Part shown: positions 40,482 through 50,859 of the stretch, in pieces | Numbering within the stretch: position 1 is the first letter of the stretch | Layout: each line of letters begins with the position of its first letter | Assembly: GCA_963754875.1 (NCBI GenBank) | Contig: CAVWHO010000022.1 | Location: 96,001 to 160,000 of the forward strand | Source of the DNA: Nitrospirota bacterium | GTDB lineage: Bacteria; Nitrospirota; UBA9217 | Length of the DNA: 64,000 nucleotides | Direction of reading: 5' to 3' | Program-made: the position numbers and the translations under genes | The notes under the pieces: generated by a model | Seen by the model: the letters and a program-made list of their open reading frames with translations, nothing else | What the model was told of the DNA's origin: nothing | Databases searched by the model: none

Positions 40482-41394
40482 GCCACTGCTTGTACCGAAT
40501 GTCTCCTTTTTCCCGGCGCAATTTTTCGGTTATTTCATTAGAGGCTTCTTCAAAGCTGATCCGGCCGGCTTTCCGCTTGTCTTCCAGCTTGAATATATGA
40601 AAACCATAGGGACTCTTTATGATATCACTTATCCCGTGCACTGGCAAACCGAAGACGACATTAAATTCCGCCGGCATGTCACCCATGGCAAAATAACCCA
40701 GATCTCCGCCCTTCTCAGCTTCCGGAGCAGTTGATTTTTCACGTGCCAACGCCGCAAAGTCCGCACCCGGCGCCTGGAGAAGCGCCATCACCTTTTTGGC
40801 TTCCGCCTCGCTCGCGACAACGATCTGTCGCACGCGAACCTGCTCGGGTTTCTCGAACTCCTGGGAGTTTGCCTGGTAGTAACGGCGCATTTCTGCCGGT
40901 GAAACGGTAATGCGCTTGTTCACATCGCGTGCAAGCAGCCGTTCGATCATCATATCTTCCCAGATATCGGACTTCCATTTCTCGAAATCGATGCCGAGGC
41001 TTGCAAGTTCTTCCTTAACATCTTTCCCATGCTCGGTGCGGAGCGCTGCGATTCTGGCATTGATCTCAGTAAGACCGACTTTAATCCGCTTTCGCTGGGC
41101 CTCGTTAAGCATCATTTTCCGTTCGATGAGGCGGTTCAGAAATTCTCGCCTGACTTCGAGCTCAGCCTCGTGCTCGGGCTTGATTCCCGCGCGGGCAAAG
41201 CGTTCCTGGAACTCGGCAAGTGTGATCGGATCACCGTTCACGGTCGCCACTATCCTCACGTTAGGAGAGACCGTGGAGGTGGGGGCGGAGGCAACGGGCG
41301 ATTTTTCCTCTTCCTTTTTCGTGCACGAAAAAAATAGAAGCCCCAGCAAAAGCGCTGGGGCTATGGTATAGAACTTCAGTCGGGAACTGTTCAT
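40423..41394 (-). CDS. Lipoprotein peptidyl-prolyl isomerase (PrsA/parvulin type)
   Basis: FFSC lipobox, VATVNG..IT, FAALAREKS...GGDLGYF, SPYGFHI. Confidence 0.88.
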   Translation of the reverse strand: MNSSRLKFYTIAPALLLGLLFFSCTKKEEEKSPVASAPTSTVSPNVRIVATVNGDPITLAEFQERFARAGIKPEHEAELEVRREFLNRLIERKMMLNEAQRKRIKVGLTEINARIAALRTEHGKDVKEELASLGIDFEKWKSDIWEDMMIERLLARDVNKRITVSPAEMRRYYQANSQEFEKPEQVRVRQIVVASEAEAKKVMALLQAPGADFAALAREKSTAPEAEKGGDLGYFAMGDMPAEFNVVFGLPVHGISDIIKSPYGFHIFKLEDKRKAGRISFEEASNEITEKLRREKGDIRYKQWLKELRSRTKFEVNYQALEQ

Positions 41395-41406
41395 AGTGAT
41401 CGAGTC

Positions 41407-42105
41407 TTACTTAGCAGCCTCATTTTTCGGGGCAGGCAGCACCTTCATGTTTGAAAGATCCAGCTCTTTGGGCTTGGCAAACGAGGCCATGGCCTCGTCA
41501 AGGGCTTTTTCATTCACGTCAATCTTGGCCTTGGCCCGGAGCGCTTTAGCATATTCGAGGTACAGTCCTCTCCGCTTCTCCTGCATCAGCCGTGTCTTCA
41601 GCTGCGGCTCTACTTCCTTGAGGCTCAGTGGTTTTCCCGCCGCATTGCGGATCTTATCTTTATTCTTGTCATAATAGTCGCGGACTTCCTGCGTCGTCGG
41701 CTCGGGCAACTTGCTCATTTTATCGCCGATCTCTTTTTTCAGGACCGCATTGAAAAGCTCGTTTTTGGCATCTTCTTGCATCCTGTGTTCGAGCTCTTTT
41801 CTCATCATATCCTGCCGCTTTTTAAATTCTGCGTCCTTGTCCAGCCCCTGCCGTTTCGCTTCCTGGATCACGAGTTCTATCCCGACCAGGTCATCGAGAA
41901 ACTCTCTCCGCGCCTTGGCATCGGTAGCCACAGCCTGCTGCATTTGCGGCGTCAGGTCTTCGAGCTGTTTTTTGAAATCCGCTGCAGTGATGGCGCCACG
42001 ATTCACCTTTGCGAGTACGGCGCTGTCCGGCCCCTTGCGGCAACCGATCACCGAAGCAGCGACGGTGAGCATCACAACAATTACCACCAATTTATACATC
42101 TTCAT
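41407..42105 (-). CDS. SurA/PrsA N-domain lipoprotein lacking the parvulin domain
   Basis: VIGC lipobox, VLAKVN..IT..DF, LV.QEA...GLDKD, LR.KAKI. Confidence 0.75.
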   Translation of the reverse strand: MKMYKLVVIVVMLTVAASVIGCRKGPDSAVLAKVNRGAITAADFKKQLEDLTPQMQQAVATDAKARREFLDDLVGIELVIQEAKRQGLDKDAEFKKRQDMMRKELEHRMQEDAKNELFNAVLKKEIGDKMSKLPEPTTQEVRDYYDKNKDKIRNAAGKPLSLKEVEPQLKTRLMQEKRRGLYLEYAKALRAKAKIDVNEKALDEAMASFAKPKELDLSNMKVLPAPKNEAAK

Positions 42106-42191
42106 GAAATAGGTTCCTCCGAAAGTATGGGTTTTTCTTTCTATTGTAAAAACTCAGGTATTATGCATGTACGACTGTTCTTTATAACATA

Positions 42192-45100
42192 CTAGAGTAG
42201 TTCCTGCAAGCACTTTTTCACCGCATCTGCAGCAGTTCGGAGCGATTCGTCGGGGAGCGCGATTTGGAGCGTGTATTCCGGTATGAGCTTTATCTTCCCT
42301 TTGCTTTTTTTGATGAGAACCATGACCCGGTCCGCCGATATGTTAGCCTGCTCGGTAAAGGTGATCTTTACCAGGTCCTTGCCTGCGTCGATCCGGGCAA
42401 CACTTGCCTTTTTGGCGATAAGCTTGACGCTCATGATCTCAAATAAATTGGCCACGGGTCCGGGCAATGCCCCGTACCGGTCACGGAGCTCATCGAGGAT
42501 ATCGCGGAGCTGCGCCTCATCGGAAGCGCTCGATATTTCCTTGTATGCAGCGAGCCGCAAGCTTACGTCATGGATGTAATCGTCGGGAATAAACGCCGAA
42601 GCGCGCATCGTGATGATCGTATCGGGCTCGGTCGAAATTTCCTCGCCCCGCAGCTCCGCCATGGCCTCTTCCATCATCTGGGTGTACAAATCGATACCGA
42701 CTGCTGCGATGTGGCCCGATTGCTGCTTGCCCAGGAGATTTCCCGCTCCGCGGGTCTCGAGGTCCTGTGCGGCAATGCGGAATCCGGCTCCCAGTTCGGA
42801 CAATTCCTGGATCGCGCGGAGACGTTTGCGCGCAACGTCTGTAAGCGTTTCGTCTTCGGGAGCGAGCAGATAAGCGTAGGCCTTCTCCCTGCTCCTTCCC
42901 ACGCGCCCTTTTATTTGGTACAGATCGGCGAGGCCGAAGCGGTCTGCCCTGTTGATGATAATGGTATTTGCCGTAGGGATGTCGATACCGGACTCGATGA
43001 TCGTCGTGGTCACGAGCACATTCAGCGTTCCCGCGAGAAACTTCGTCATCACGTCCTCGATCTCATCCTCCTTGAGCTGACCGTGCGCGATGCCGACCTT
43101 TGCCTCGGGTACGAGGTTGTGGATGAACTCGGCCATACGCTCGATGCCTTGGACCCGATTGTGAACAAAGAACACCTGGCCGTCCCGTCCTATCTCATGC
43201 AGGATCGCCTCACGGATTACCCGTTTGCCGAAGCGCGCGAGCACGACTTGAATGGCCTGGCGGTCCATGGGCGGGGTCTGAATGATCGATAGATCGCGGA
43301 TGCCGGCGAGCGACATGTGGAGCGTGCGCGGAATCGGCGTGGCCGTGAGCGTAAGCACGTCTACAAGCTTTTTAAATTCTTTTATCCGCTCCTTGTGCTT
43401 GACGCCGAACTTGTGCTCCTCGTCCACCACAAGCAGGCCGAGGTTCTTGAACGCGATGTCCTTCTGGAGCAGCCGGTGCGTGCCAATCACGATGTCCACG
43501 ACCCCGCTCTTCAGTCCCTTGAGCGTTTCCTGCTGCTCGGCCTTTGTCCTGAAGCGCGAGAGCATGTCAACGCGGATCGAGAACGGCAGGACCCGTTCGG
43601 AAAAGGTACGATAGTGCTGATCGGCGAGGAGCGTCGTCGGCACCAGCACCGCCACCTGCATCCCGTCTTCCACTGCTTTGAACGCAGCCCGGAGCGCAAC
43701 CTCCGTCTTGCCGTATCCCACGTCACCGCACACAACCCGGTCCATGGGTCGCGGCCGTTGCATATCGGCAAGCACATCCTCGATGGCTTTCTCCTGGTCA
43801 ACGGTTTCCTCATAGGGGAAGGCTGCTTCGAACTCGCGGTAGAGGTTGTCGGGCGGCGTGAACGTTGATCGGCTTTGTGCCTCGCGGGCGGCATAAATAG
43901 CAACAAGCTCCCGGGCCATCTCAAGGATGTCCTTCTTAACTTTTTCCTTGGTCCTGGCCCAGGCCGGCGCGCCCAAGCGGTCAAGTTTCGGCGCGATCCC
44001 CTCCGTACCGATATACTTCTGCACCTTGTCGAGGCTATAAAGCGGAACGTACAGTTTTGCGTCGGGCTCGTAGCGGAGGGAAAGAAAGTCCGTTTCAAAG
44101 CCGTCGACATTGATATGCGTCAGACCCTGGTACTCGCCCACGCCGTAGTCCGTGTGGACCACGAAATCGCCGGGCTTCAACTCCTTGAAGGTTGAGAGAA
44201 AGGGTGCTGCTTTTGCTCTCGCTGTTGAAGGACGGTGAACCTTTCTTCCGAAGATCTCTTCCTCGGTAATGAAAATAAGGCCGAGCTCCTGCCAGGCGAA
44301 CCCCTCCGACAGCCTGCCAACGGTCACGACAACGGGCCACGGTGCCGCATCCTGGGTCACGAGGTGGGAGGCCAGCGCCACGCCGAGTCCGTATTCCATA
44401 AACAGCTTCTTAAGTCGTGCTGCTGACTCGTCAGTGCCGCAGACGATCATGACGCTGTTGAATTCCCGTAAGCGCCTGAGCTTCTCGACGAGACCCGCCA
44501 TCGTGCCTTCGATCGGTCGGTGCATTGTGTCCTGATCTTCCCTGTTGATCGGCTTGGTAAGACGAACGCTGAGCCAGGAAGAGGACTTTGTGTCCATGCG
44601 AAAGCCGTCGACTCCTGTTCCGAGGAGACGGCTCGCGACAAGGGGAAAATGCGCCAGTTCCTGGTCAAGCCCGGTTTGATCAAGATAAAGCTCCGATGCT
44701 TCAGGCAATATTCTTCCTTCTTCAACCTCTTCCCGTCTGCCCTCCTCGATTTTAAGGCTCTGGGACTCGGCTTCCCGTTTAACGTCCTCGGGCTCGATGC
44801 AGACGAGGAGACTGTTCTCAGGCAAATATCGGAACAGGCTTTCCATGGTATAGAAAAAAGGCGCGAGGAACTCAGCACCCGGAGGAAGAGTCCCTTCCCT
44901 TATCTGGTCGACCAGGGTCTCATTATCCATTGAGCGGCCGAATTGCTCTATGCCTTTATCGTTTATGATCAGCTCTCGCACCGGCAGCACAACGGCTTCC
45001 CTGATCTCTGTGGTCGAGCGCTGCGTTTCAGGATCGAACGCGCGTAACGATTCCATAGTATCGCCGAAGAATTCAATGCGAATGGGCTGCTCGTGGAGCG

Positions 45101-45668
45101 GCGAGAAGAAATCGACGATCCCTCCCCTTCTGCTGAACTCGCCTACGCGGGTAACAAGGGACGAAGATTCGTAGCCTGTTCCTACGAGGGATGCAACGAG
45201 ATGGTCAGGATCAATTTGCGTCGTCGTGGTAATGGTTTTTACCGAATCCGCAAAGAGTTCCCACGGCGGGAGCTTCTGCATCGTTGACAGGACTGGGACA
45301 ACATAGATGCCGGGATTGCCCGAGATCAGACTGTAGAGAACGCGCATGCGCTCTCCCACGGTGCGGCTGTCAGGCGAGTCCGCCTCAAAGGGAAGCACGC
45401 CCCAGGTGGGTAAGACATGGATTTCGGGCGCCCTGCCGTCTGCCTCGCTGTGGAGCGACTTCTGTTGAAAGAAATTCAGGTCATCGACGAGCGCCTCGGC
45501 AGTATCTTCCGAAGCAGTGATCACAATTACGGGGCGGTCGAGCTCGCGCCTCAGGCCGAATAAAAAAAGGGCCTTGGAGGCCCCCCAGAGTTCGCTCACT
45601 TCGATGTTCTTGCGTCCCGCCTGGATGTCGTCGAGGACAGGCAGGAGGATTTCGTGCAGGTTTTTCAT
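42192..45668 (-). CDS. mfd: Transcription-repair coupling factor
   Basis: GEFSRRGGIVD, CarD-like RID, GDVGYGKTEVA, VDEEH, TATPIPRT, QIKGRVGR, TRCF C-terminus. Confidence 0.98.
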   Translation of the reverse strand: MKNLHEILLPVLDDIQAGRKNIEVSELWGASKALFLFGLRRELDRPVIVITASEDTAEALVDDLNFFQQKSLHSEADGRAPEIHVLPTWGVLPFEADSPDSRTVGERMRVLYSLISGNPGIYVVPVLSTMQKLPPWELFADSVKTITTTTQIDPDHLVASLVGTGYESSSLVTRVGEFSRRGGIVDFFSPLHEQPIRIEFFGDTMESLRAFDPETQRSTTEIREAVVLPVRELIINDKGIEQFGRSMDNETLVDQIREGTLPPGAEFLAPFFYTMESLFRYLPENSLLVCIEPEDVKREAESQSLKIEEGRREEVEEGRILPEASELYLDQTGLDQELAHFPLVASRLLGTGVDGFRMDTKSSSWLSVRLTKPINREDQDTMHRPIEGTMAGLVEKLRRLREFNSVMIVCGTDESAARLKKLFMEYGLGVALASHLVTQDAAPWPVVVTVGRLSEGFAWQELGLIFITEEEIFGRKVHRPSTARAKAAPFLSTFKELKPGDFVVHTDYGVGEYQGLTHINVDGFETDFLSLRYEPDAKLYVPLYSLDKVQKYIGTEGIAPKLDRLGAPAWARTKEKVKKDILEMARELVAIYAAREAQSRSTFTPPDNLYREFEAAFPYEETVDQEKAIEDVLADMQRPRPMDRVVCGDVGYGKTEVALRAAFKAVEDGMQVAVLVPTTLLADQHYRTFSERVLPFSIRVDMLSRFRTKAEQQETLKGLKSGVVDIVIGTHRLLQKDIAFKNLGLLVVDEEHKFGVKHKERIKEFKKLVDVLTLTATPIPRTLHMSLAGIRDLSIIQTPPMDRQAIQVVLARFGKRVIREAILHEIGRDGQVFFVHNRVQGIERMAEFIHNLVPEAKVGIAHGQLKEDEIEDVMTKFLAGTLNVLVTTTIIESGIDIPTANTIIINRADRFGLADLYQIKGRVGRSREKAYAYLLAPEDETLTDVARKRLRAIQELSELGAGFRIAAQDLETRGAGNLLGKQQSGHIAAVGIDLYTQMMEEAMAELRGEEISTEPDTIITMRASAFIPDDYIHDVSLRLAAYKEISSASDEAQLRDILDELRDRYGALPGPVANLFEIMSVKLIAKKASVARIDAGKDLVKITFTEQANISADRVMVLIKKSKGKIKLIPEYTLQIALPDESLRTAADAVKKCLQELL

Positions 45669-46038
45669 AACGAAATATTACTATAACACAGCAACACGAC
45701 TAATTCAATATTGACCGGTATTCGATATTATATCGCGCTGTGCGGATCTTAGACACGAAAAAGCATCTTCGGACACGGATAAAGGCGGATTTCGTCATGA
45801 AAGAGCGTGATTATGTTATTGATTTATCCGCTTTGATCAGGGCCTTTATCGGATTTCATCCGCTTGCGCCCAGCGCTTACGACTGAATGTGCGTAGCCTG
45901 CTTCTGCGAAACCGCCGCCAGAAACGAGTGCAGGGGGTGTCAAAGGTTTGTCCTTTGGTTGCGGCAGCAGACCGCACTATGATATAGTGGTTAGGTTCCT
46001 GTTGTTATGGATGTCAGAAGAAGAATGGGGAGAGCGCA

Positions 46039-46821
46039 GTGCGTGAATGGGACCCTCAACAGTACCTGCGGTTCGAACATGAAAGAACACAACCTTCCAT
46101 CGACCTCGTAGCACGAATTCCCTTGGAAGATCCCAAGACCATTATCGATATAGGTTGCGGCCCGGGAAACAGCACTCAAATTTTACGTAAGAGATGGCCC
46201 CATGCCGATATTATCGGCCTCGATAAATCCGAGAAGATGATAGAACGAGCCCGCGCGGATCATCCGGATCAAACATGGATGATCGGAGACGCCTCAACTC
46301 TGGCGGCTGATCGGCAGTATGATATCGTGTTTTCCAATGCGGCGATACATTGGATCCCGGACCATCAGAGGCTAATCCCGCGATTGTTCCAACTTGTAAA
46401 GAAAGACGGAATATTAGCGATCCAGGTTCCTGCTAATTATGAGTCGCCTTTGTACAAAATCATATTGAACGTTGCACGGAGTAGGAAGTGGAGCGCATTC
46501 ACGTCAGGGTGTGACGAGCTGATAACGTATCATAAGGCCGAATATTATTATAAGCAGCTCGCTTCCTTAACGCAGGACATCGCCCTGTGGGAAACGACCT
46601 ACTATCATATTTTGAAATCCCACCAGGACCTTGTGGCGTGGTATAAGAGTACTGCGATGAAACCGATTCTCGAGAGATTGCCGACTGATGATAATAGAGA
46701 GGAATTCGAACAGGCAGTATTAACTGAATGTAAAGAGCACTATCCTCCTCAAAGCGATGGGCGAATTCTCTATCCTTTCAAGAGGCTCTTTTTTACAGGA
46801 CGCAAAACGGTACGAGGGTAG
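46039..46821 (+). CDS. Trans-aconitate 2-methyltransferase-like SAM methyltransferase
   Basis: WDPQQYLRF..ER..P..DL, DIGCGPGNST, FSNAAIHW, YPFKRLF. Confidence 0.85.
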   Translation: MREWDPQQYLRFEHERTQPSIDLVARIPLEDPKTIIDIGCGPGNSTQILRKRWPHADIIGLDKSEKMIERARADHPDQTWMIGDASTLAADRQYDIVFSNAAIHWIPDHQRLIPRLFQLVKKDGILAIQVPANYESPLYKIILNVARSRKWSAFTSGCDELITYHKAEYYYKQLASLTQDIALWETTYYHILKSHQDLVAWYKSTAMKPILERLPTDDNREEFEQAVLTECKEHYPPQSDGRILYPFKRLFFTGRKTVRG

Positions 46822-47121
46822 TTTTTTGAAGAGGAAAAAAGTGCTTACTGAACTCTGCACACGGCGCAGTTGCTCCAAGAGTGTAACTTTTATTCTGTAA
46901 TCGTTCTTCTCTTCAACTCACTTTTATACCGCAAACCGACATATCCTCCCGAATTTTCTTTTAACCACTCCCACTGCCTCAAATATGACCCCGTGATATA
47001 CCCTAAAAATACCCCTATCGGGGTATGGCGTTATCCTTCGGTTGGTGATACATAGTATGAAATTTTCGAGGCCTTATCTTCTACACCATGAATGTCTTGA
47101 CCGCAAAAAAGCGAGGACCCA

Positions 47122-47481
47122 ATGCAAGTACAGAAATCAGTTCTTATCGTAGATGATGATGAATTACTTACCGGGGCCATTCAAGAGCTGCTTGAAGAAG
47201 ATGGTTATACGGTATTTTGCTGTTACAACGGTGCTGATGCCATCGAACTTTCAAAAAAACAAAATTTTGATGTGATTCTTACGGATTATCATATGCCGGG
47301 TATGAAGGGCGACGTGGTTTGTAGATTACTGCGCCATCACCACCCTGACGTTTTTATCATTGGCTGCAGTACAGATCATCAAGACAAAACTTTTTTAAGT
47401 GCAGGTGCGGATATTTTTATTCAAAAAAACCAGTTAGTTAAAAATCTTGCTCTTTTAATGAAGAGTAAGACCACGCACTGA
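47122..47481 (+). CDS. Single-domain response regulator
   Basis: VLIVDDD, LTDYHMPGMKG, GAD.FI.K. Confidence 0.85.
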   Translation: MQVQKSVLIVDDDELLTGAIQELLEEDGYTVFCCYNGADAIELSKKQNFDVILTDYHMPGMKGDVVCRLLRHHHPDVFIIGCSTDHQDKTFLSAGADIFIQKNQLVKNLALLMKSKTTH

Positions 47482-47666
47482 ATAGAGGGGGCCATCTAAG
47501 CTGGTCACAATCCGTCTCTGAGGCACACTTAGCTAACAAACTCCAGAAGTCAGAAATCTCAAATTCAGGTCGCAAACCACATTATCTCACGAAATTGCGA
47601 GATAAAATCGCATATACGAGATTTGCCGGTCATACTTGACAGCCACCTTGTAAAAAGTACTTATCG

Positions 47667-47704
47667 GGTAGTGGGTCAGTTTGAATCCAAACTGACCCAC
47701 TACC
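47667..47704. mobile_element. 38-bp micro-element: perfect 17-bp inverted repeats with an apparent 8-bp target duplication
   Basis: GGTAGTGGGTCAGTTTG-AATC-CAAACTGACCCACTACC flanked by ACTTATCG / ACTTGTCG. Confidence 0.7.
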
Positions 47705-48014
47705 ACTTGTCGCTGTTCCTTTTTGAAATTGTCATTTTATGATATAATTGCTAATGTCAACTGCTTATATCAGTTACGAATAAAGAACCAAGGATACCGC
47801 ATGCATGAGCGCTACTAACCCGATTGATGAATTTATAAAAAAGTCCTTGACTGAAAAATACTCTCTGAGGTAACTTATGATGAAGAAATTCTTCTGAAAT
47901 CCGCAGCAGCTGTATGTATCTGAAATTACGGCCGACCCGCAGAAATATTCGGCCCAAGGCGACACTATCCGATGATATCGGTGGAGATTATTTTAATGTC
48001 GAATGAGGAGGCTC

Positions 48015-48350
48015 ATGAGTTCATACGGAAACGATAAAAGAATCAGACGAAGAATGAAACAGGAGTTCGTGGTGGGAGTCAGGACCAAGCAAGGATTGAA
48101 TGTGGCCTACACAATTGACGTATCCCGTGGCGGTGTAAAGGTTGGAAGCCCACTGCTTCTGCTTCCCCTTGGAGGACATGTGGAACTCGTGATTGATAAG
48201 CGGGGAGAAAAACACCCGTTCTTAGGCCGAGTAGAAAGAGAGGACGGGAATTATTACATCGACCGCATAAGCCGCAGTGTAAACACATTTTTTATCAGGG
48301 TTGACGACCTGCGGTTTTCAACATTTGTGGTCGACAATTATTTTGTATAA
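48015..48350 (+). CDS. PilZ domain protein
   Basis: GAGGAGG RBS; RIRRR (RxxxR) and DVSRGG (DxSxxG). Confidence 0.8.
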   Translation: MSSYGNDKRIRRRMKQEFVVGVRTKQGLNVAYTIDVSRGGVKVGSPLLLLPLGGHVELVIDKRGEKHPFLGRVEREDGNYYIDRISRSVNTFFIRVDDLRFSTFVVDNYFV

Positions 48351-48764
48351 GGTTTTGACATGCGCTTTTTAAGCGCATACCTTCCTAATTTATATTGTAG
48401 GTTCCGTTTTTTGCAACTCATCACTTATCAACCCGAATGCGTCAGCGCCTACCCATAAAATATCCATTCGATATCGTTGATAATCATTACCATTAATCTG
48501 GAATATCTTCGTGGAAGATGTGGCAATAGGTGAATCGAAAAGATAAAATCCGCGGTTTTCGTAACGTTGTTAACGCGCACTCAAGAACAGCATGATTGGG
48601 CTGATAAATCTATTAGATTTTCCATCTACTTTTTCGGAAGAATTATTACATCGCCGGTTCTATAACGAAGTGCAACCCAAAAACGTTAACGCCTGAGTTT
48701 AGAGCACCGTGACGAAGGATAAAGATAAGAGAGAAAATAAACTCTATGATGATGAAAGCCCTGC

Positions 48765-49454
48765 TCATGCTTTCCCGCCCTCCCATGCCATCGCCTTTTC
48801 ATAATCCTTAAAGAGTTTTTCTCTTTTTCTGAATTCTCGCGAATGAACGCTCCTTCGTGTTCCCCTGAGCAGCGCGCCCAGTGACGCATGAAGCATTTCG
48901 TGGTAGACGATGAAAGCGACAAAGTAGCAGGGTACGGTTTGCCGGTCAAGCACGGGATTAATCCGGATAATATTGGACCTTTCGCTGTAGCTCCCGAGGG
49001 TCCTTCTTCTTACAGAGGAGCGAGGGCTTCTCGTTCCCCAGGTGATCCCGGTGTTGACCAAGCTCCCGAAATATTCTTTGTTGATGGTATCATACAAATC
49101 ACGAAGGTCGTGGTATTTGCCTGCCGTTTTTATGTGGACTGTTTTCAACGGCTTTGTTTTAATCTGCGTTTTGTTATCGCGCAGGAAATTCCTGAACAGC
49201 GGCATCGAGGGTTTTCTTTTTTTGAGATACGAGGCAATCTCATCGAGCACCTGCCGACCGGCGTTCACAAACATCCGATGAAGGCGGACGCGCAGAACGT
49301 GGTTGTGCACCCTTGCCGAAAGCATCGTCGTTGAATTTTCCGTGAGCACGAGAGTAATGGGCCCGCCCAAGCGTTCTTCAAGATAGTATTTGAGCGAGCT
49401 TTCGCTGCTGCCGTGAACAAGGTTTCGTTGTCTGTCGGTTGTGTCTTTACCCAT
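48765..49454 (-). CDS. SprT-like / YgjP-like zinc metalloprotease domain protein
   Basis: N..YF, LGSY, IRINPVLD, YHEMLH, HSREF. Confidence 0.82.
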   Translation of the reverse strand: MGKDTTDRQRNLVHGSSESSLKYYLEERLGGPITLVLTENSTTMLSARVHNHVLRVRLHRMFVNAGRQVLDEIASYLKKRKPSMPLFRNFLRDNKTQIKTKPLKTVHIKTAGKYHDLRDLYDTINKEYFGSLVNTGITWGTRSPRSSVRRRTLGSYSERSNIIRINPVLDRQTVPCYFVAFIVYHEMLHASLGALLRGTRRSVHSREFRKREKLFKDYEKAMAWEGGKA

Positions 49455-49631
49455 AGGATCCGAGCTTAGCTCTCCGGTGCCAGATCTGCTAAACGTTCCC
49501 GTATTGCGTGTTCTTCATTTTATTCTTTATCTCAATGGAAAATTCTACTATACTTTAGACAGTTGAGCAATACTTTCTTCCTTCATTTGTCAGGGGACCA
49601 TCCTGAGTCTTGACGCTAAAGGAGACTGTCC

Positions 49632-49910
49632 ATGAACGATATTGCTTCTCCCGTTGCCCTCCGGCAATTGACTGCGGTTTTTGCTGCCGTATCCGGAGTC
49701 TGTATCCTTGTTTTTCTTGCATTGTTTATTGCATGGTTATATGTAGTTGTTGACATACTGCGGAGTGAATTTAAAAATAACACCGACAAAATGATCTGGT
49801 TTCTTTTTATCATGTTTATGCCTCCCCTTGCTGTTCCTCTCTATTTTATCATTGGTAAAAAGCAAAAGATCAATAACAAGAACAATGATAAAAATTCTCA
49901 GGCATCGTGA
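49632..49910 (+). CDS. Small membrane protein, PLDc N-terminal-like domain
   Basis: W...VDIL.SEF....K..W...I...P.....LYF..G. Confidence 0.8.
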   Translation: MNDIASPVALRQLTAVFAAVSGVCILVFLALFIAWLYVVVDILRSEFKNNTDKMIWFLFIMFMPPLAVPLYFIIGKKQKINNKNNDKNSQAS

Positions 49911-50014
49911 AGTGATGCTGATAAAGCGATAAAAAAATGATAGAGATAAAATATCCGCTACCGTGTACTTCATGAAATCCGAACACCCCTGCGAGCGCAT
50001 AATTTTTTAGAGGG

Positions 50015-50320
50015 ATGCCAATGAGTGCGTCAAAAAAAGCTAAGAAAAAACCGAGCCGCTGGCTCCTCTACATCCTGAAATGCAGCGACACTACCTTCTA
50101 TACCGGAATCACGAATGACCTGCAACGCCGGATCGAGAGGCATAATGACGGCAGCGCCTCGCGCTACACGCGCAGCCGGCGACCAGTGAAACTGATCTAT
50201 TTCGAGCGATGCCGAAACAAATCGAGCGCACTGAAGAAGGAATGCGCGGTGAAGTCTCTCTCCCGAGTGGAGAAGGAAAAATATATTAATAATAAGCCGG
50301 AAACACTGGGTTCCCGCTAA
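50015..50320 (+). CDS. GIY-YIG nuclease family protein (UPF0213-like)
   Basis: LYILKC.D..FYTGITNDL.RR..HN.G..SRYTR.RRPV, ALK.E. Confidence 0.9.
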   Translation: MPMSASKKAKKKPSRWLLYILKCSDTTFYTGITNDLQRRIERHNDGSASRYTRSRRPVKLIYFERCRNKSSALKKECAVKSLSRVEKEKYINNKPETLGSR

Positions 50321-50350
50321 CGCCTTTCCGGTATAATGGAAATAGAACCC

Positions 50351-50802
50351 ATGACTGCAAAATTGTTCGAATCCTACCGCCGCGAGTTTCCTGTCACGCA
50401 GAAATATATCTACCTTGACCATGCCTAGGACGCGCCCTTATCGCTGCGTGTGAAGTCGTCAATTGAGACATTTCTTTCAGAAGCCACCCTCGGTGGAGCA
50501 TTTCAATACCCGAAGTGGACCCAGAGATTGTCGAGATAAGACGAGCTTGTGCCCAGAGAATAGAAGAGCAGGTACGCGGTCTGGGTGATGTCATCATCCG
50601 AAACGCAGAAGAGAGGGGCCATTCAATACTGACAAAGACACGACAGTGCGGGGAGGGAACATCACGATAGCCGGCGGTTTTGATCCCTGCGAAGGCAAAG
50701 GAGATATTACAGCAGGCGGGGATCATGGTTAATGTTCGTGGCGGCGGTCTGAGAGTTTCAACACATTTTTGTAATACATATAATACAGAAGGGGAAATTG
50801 CA
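50351..50802 (+). pseudogene. Class V PLP aminotransferase / cysteine desulfurase-like remnant
   Basis: YRREFPVTQKYIYLDHA* N-terminus and VRGGGLRVSTHF...YNTEGEI C-terminus, with stop, frameshifts and most of the middle missing. Confidence 0.75.
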
Positions 50803-50859
50803 ACGGTTTCCGCTCGCCCAAAGACTGTCGAAGCGTGGCAGAACGTTGTTCTCCTCCGA

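Noticed and set aside
47750..48000. Short ORF fragments upstream of the PilZ gene
   Set aside because: Interrupted by stops and not assignable to a family; may be a decayed gene but cannot be supported
50015..50320. GIY-YIG as homing endonuclease or defence system
   Set aside because: Short standalone UPF0213-like protein common in bacteria; no intron, intein or defence partners nearby
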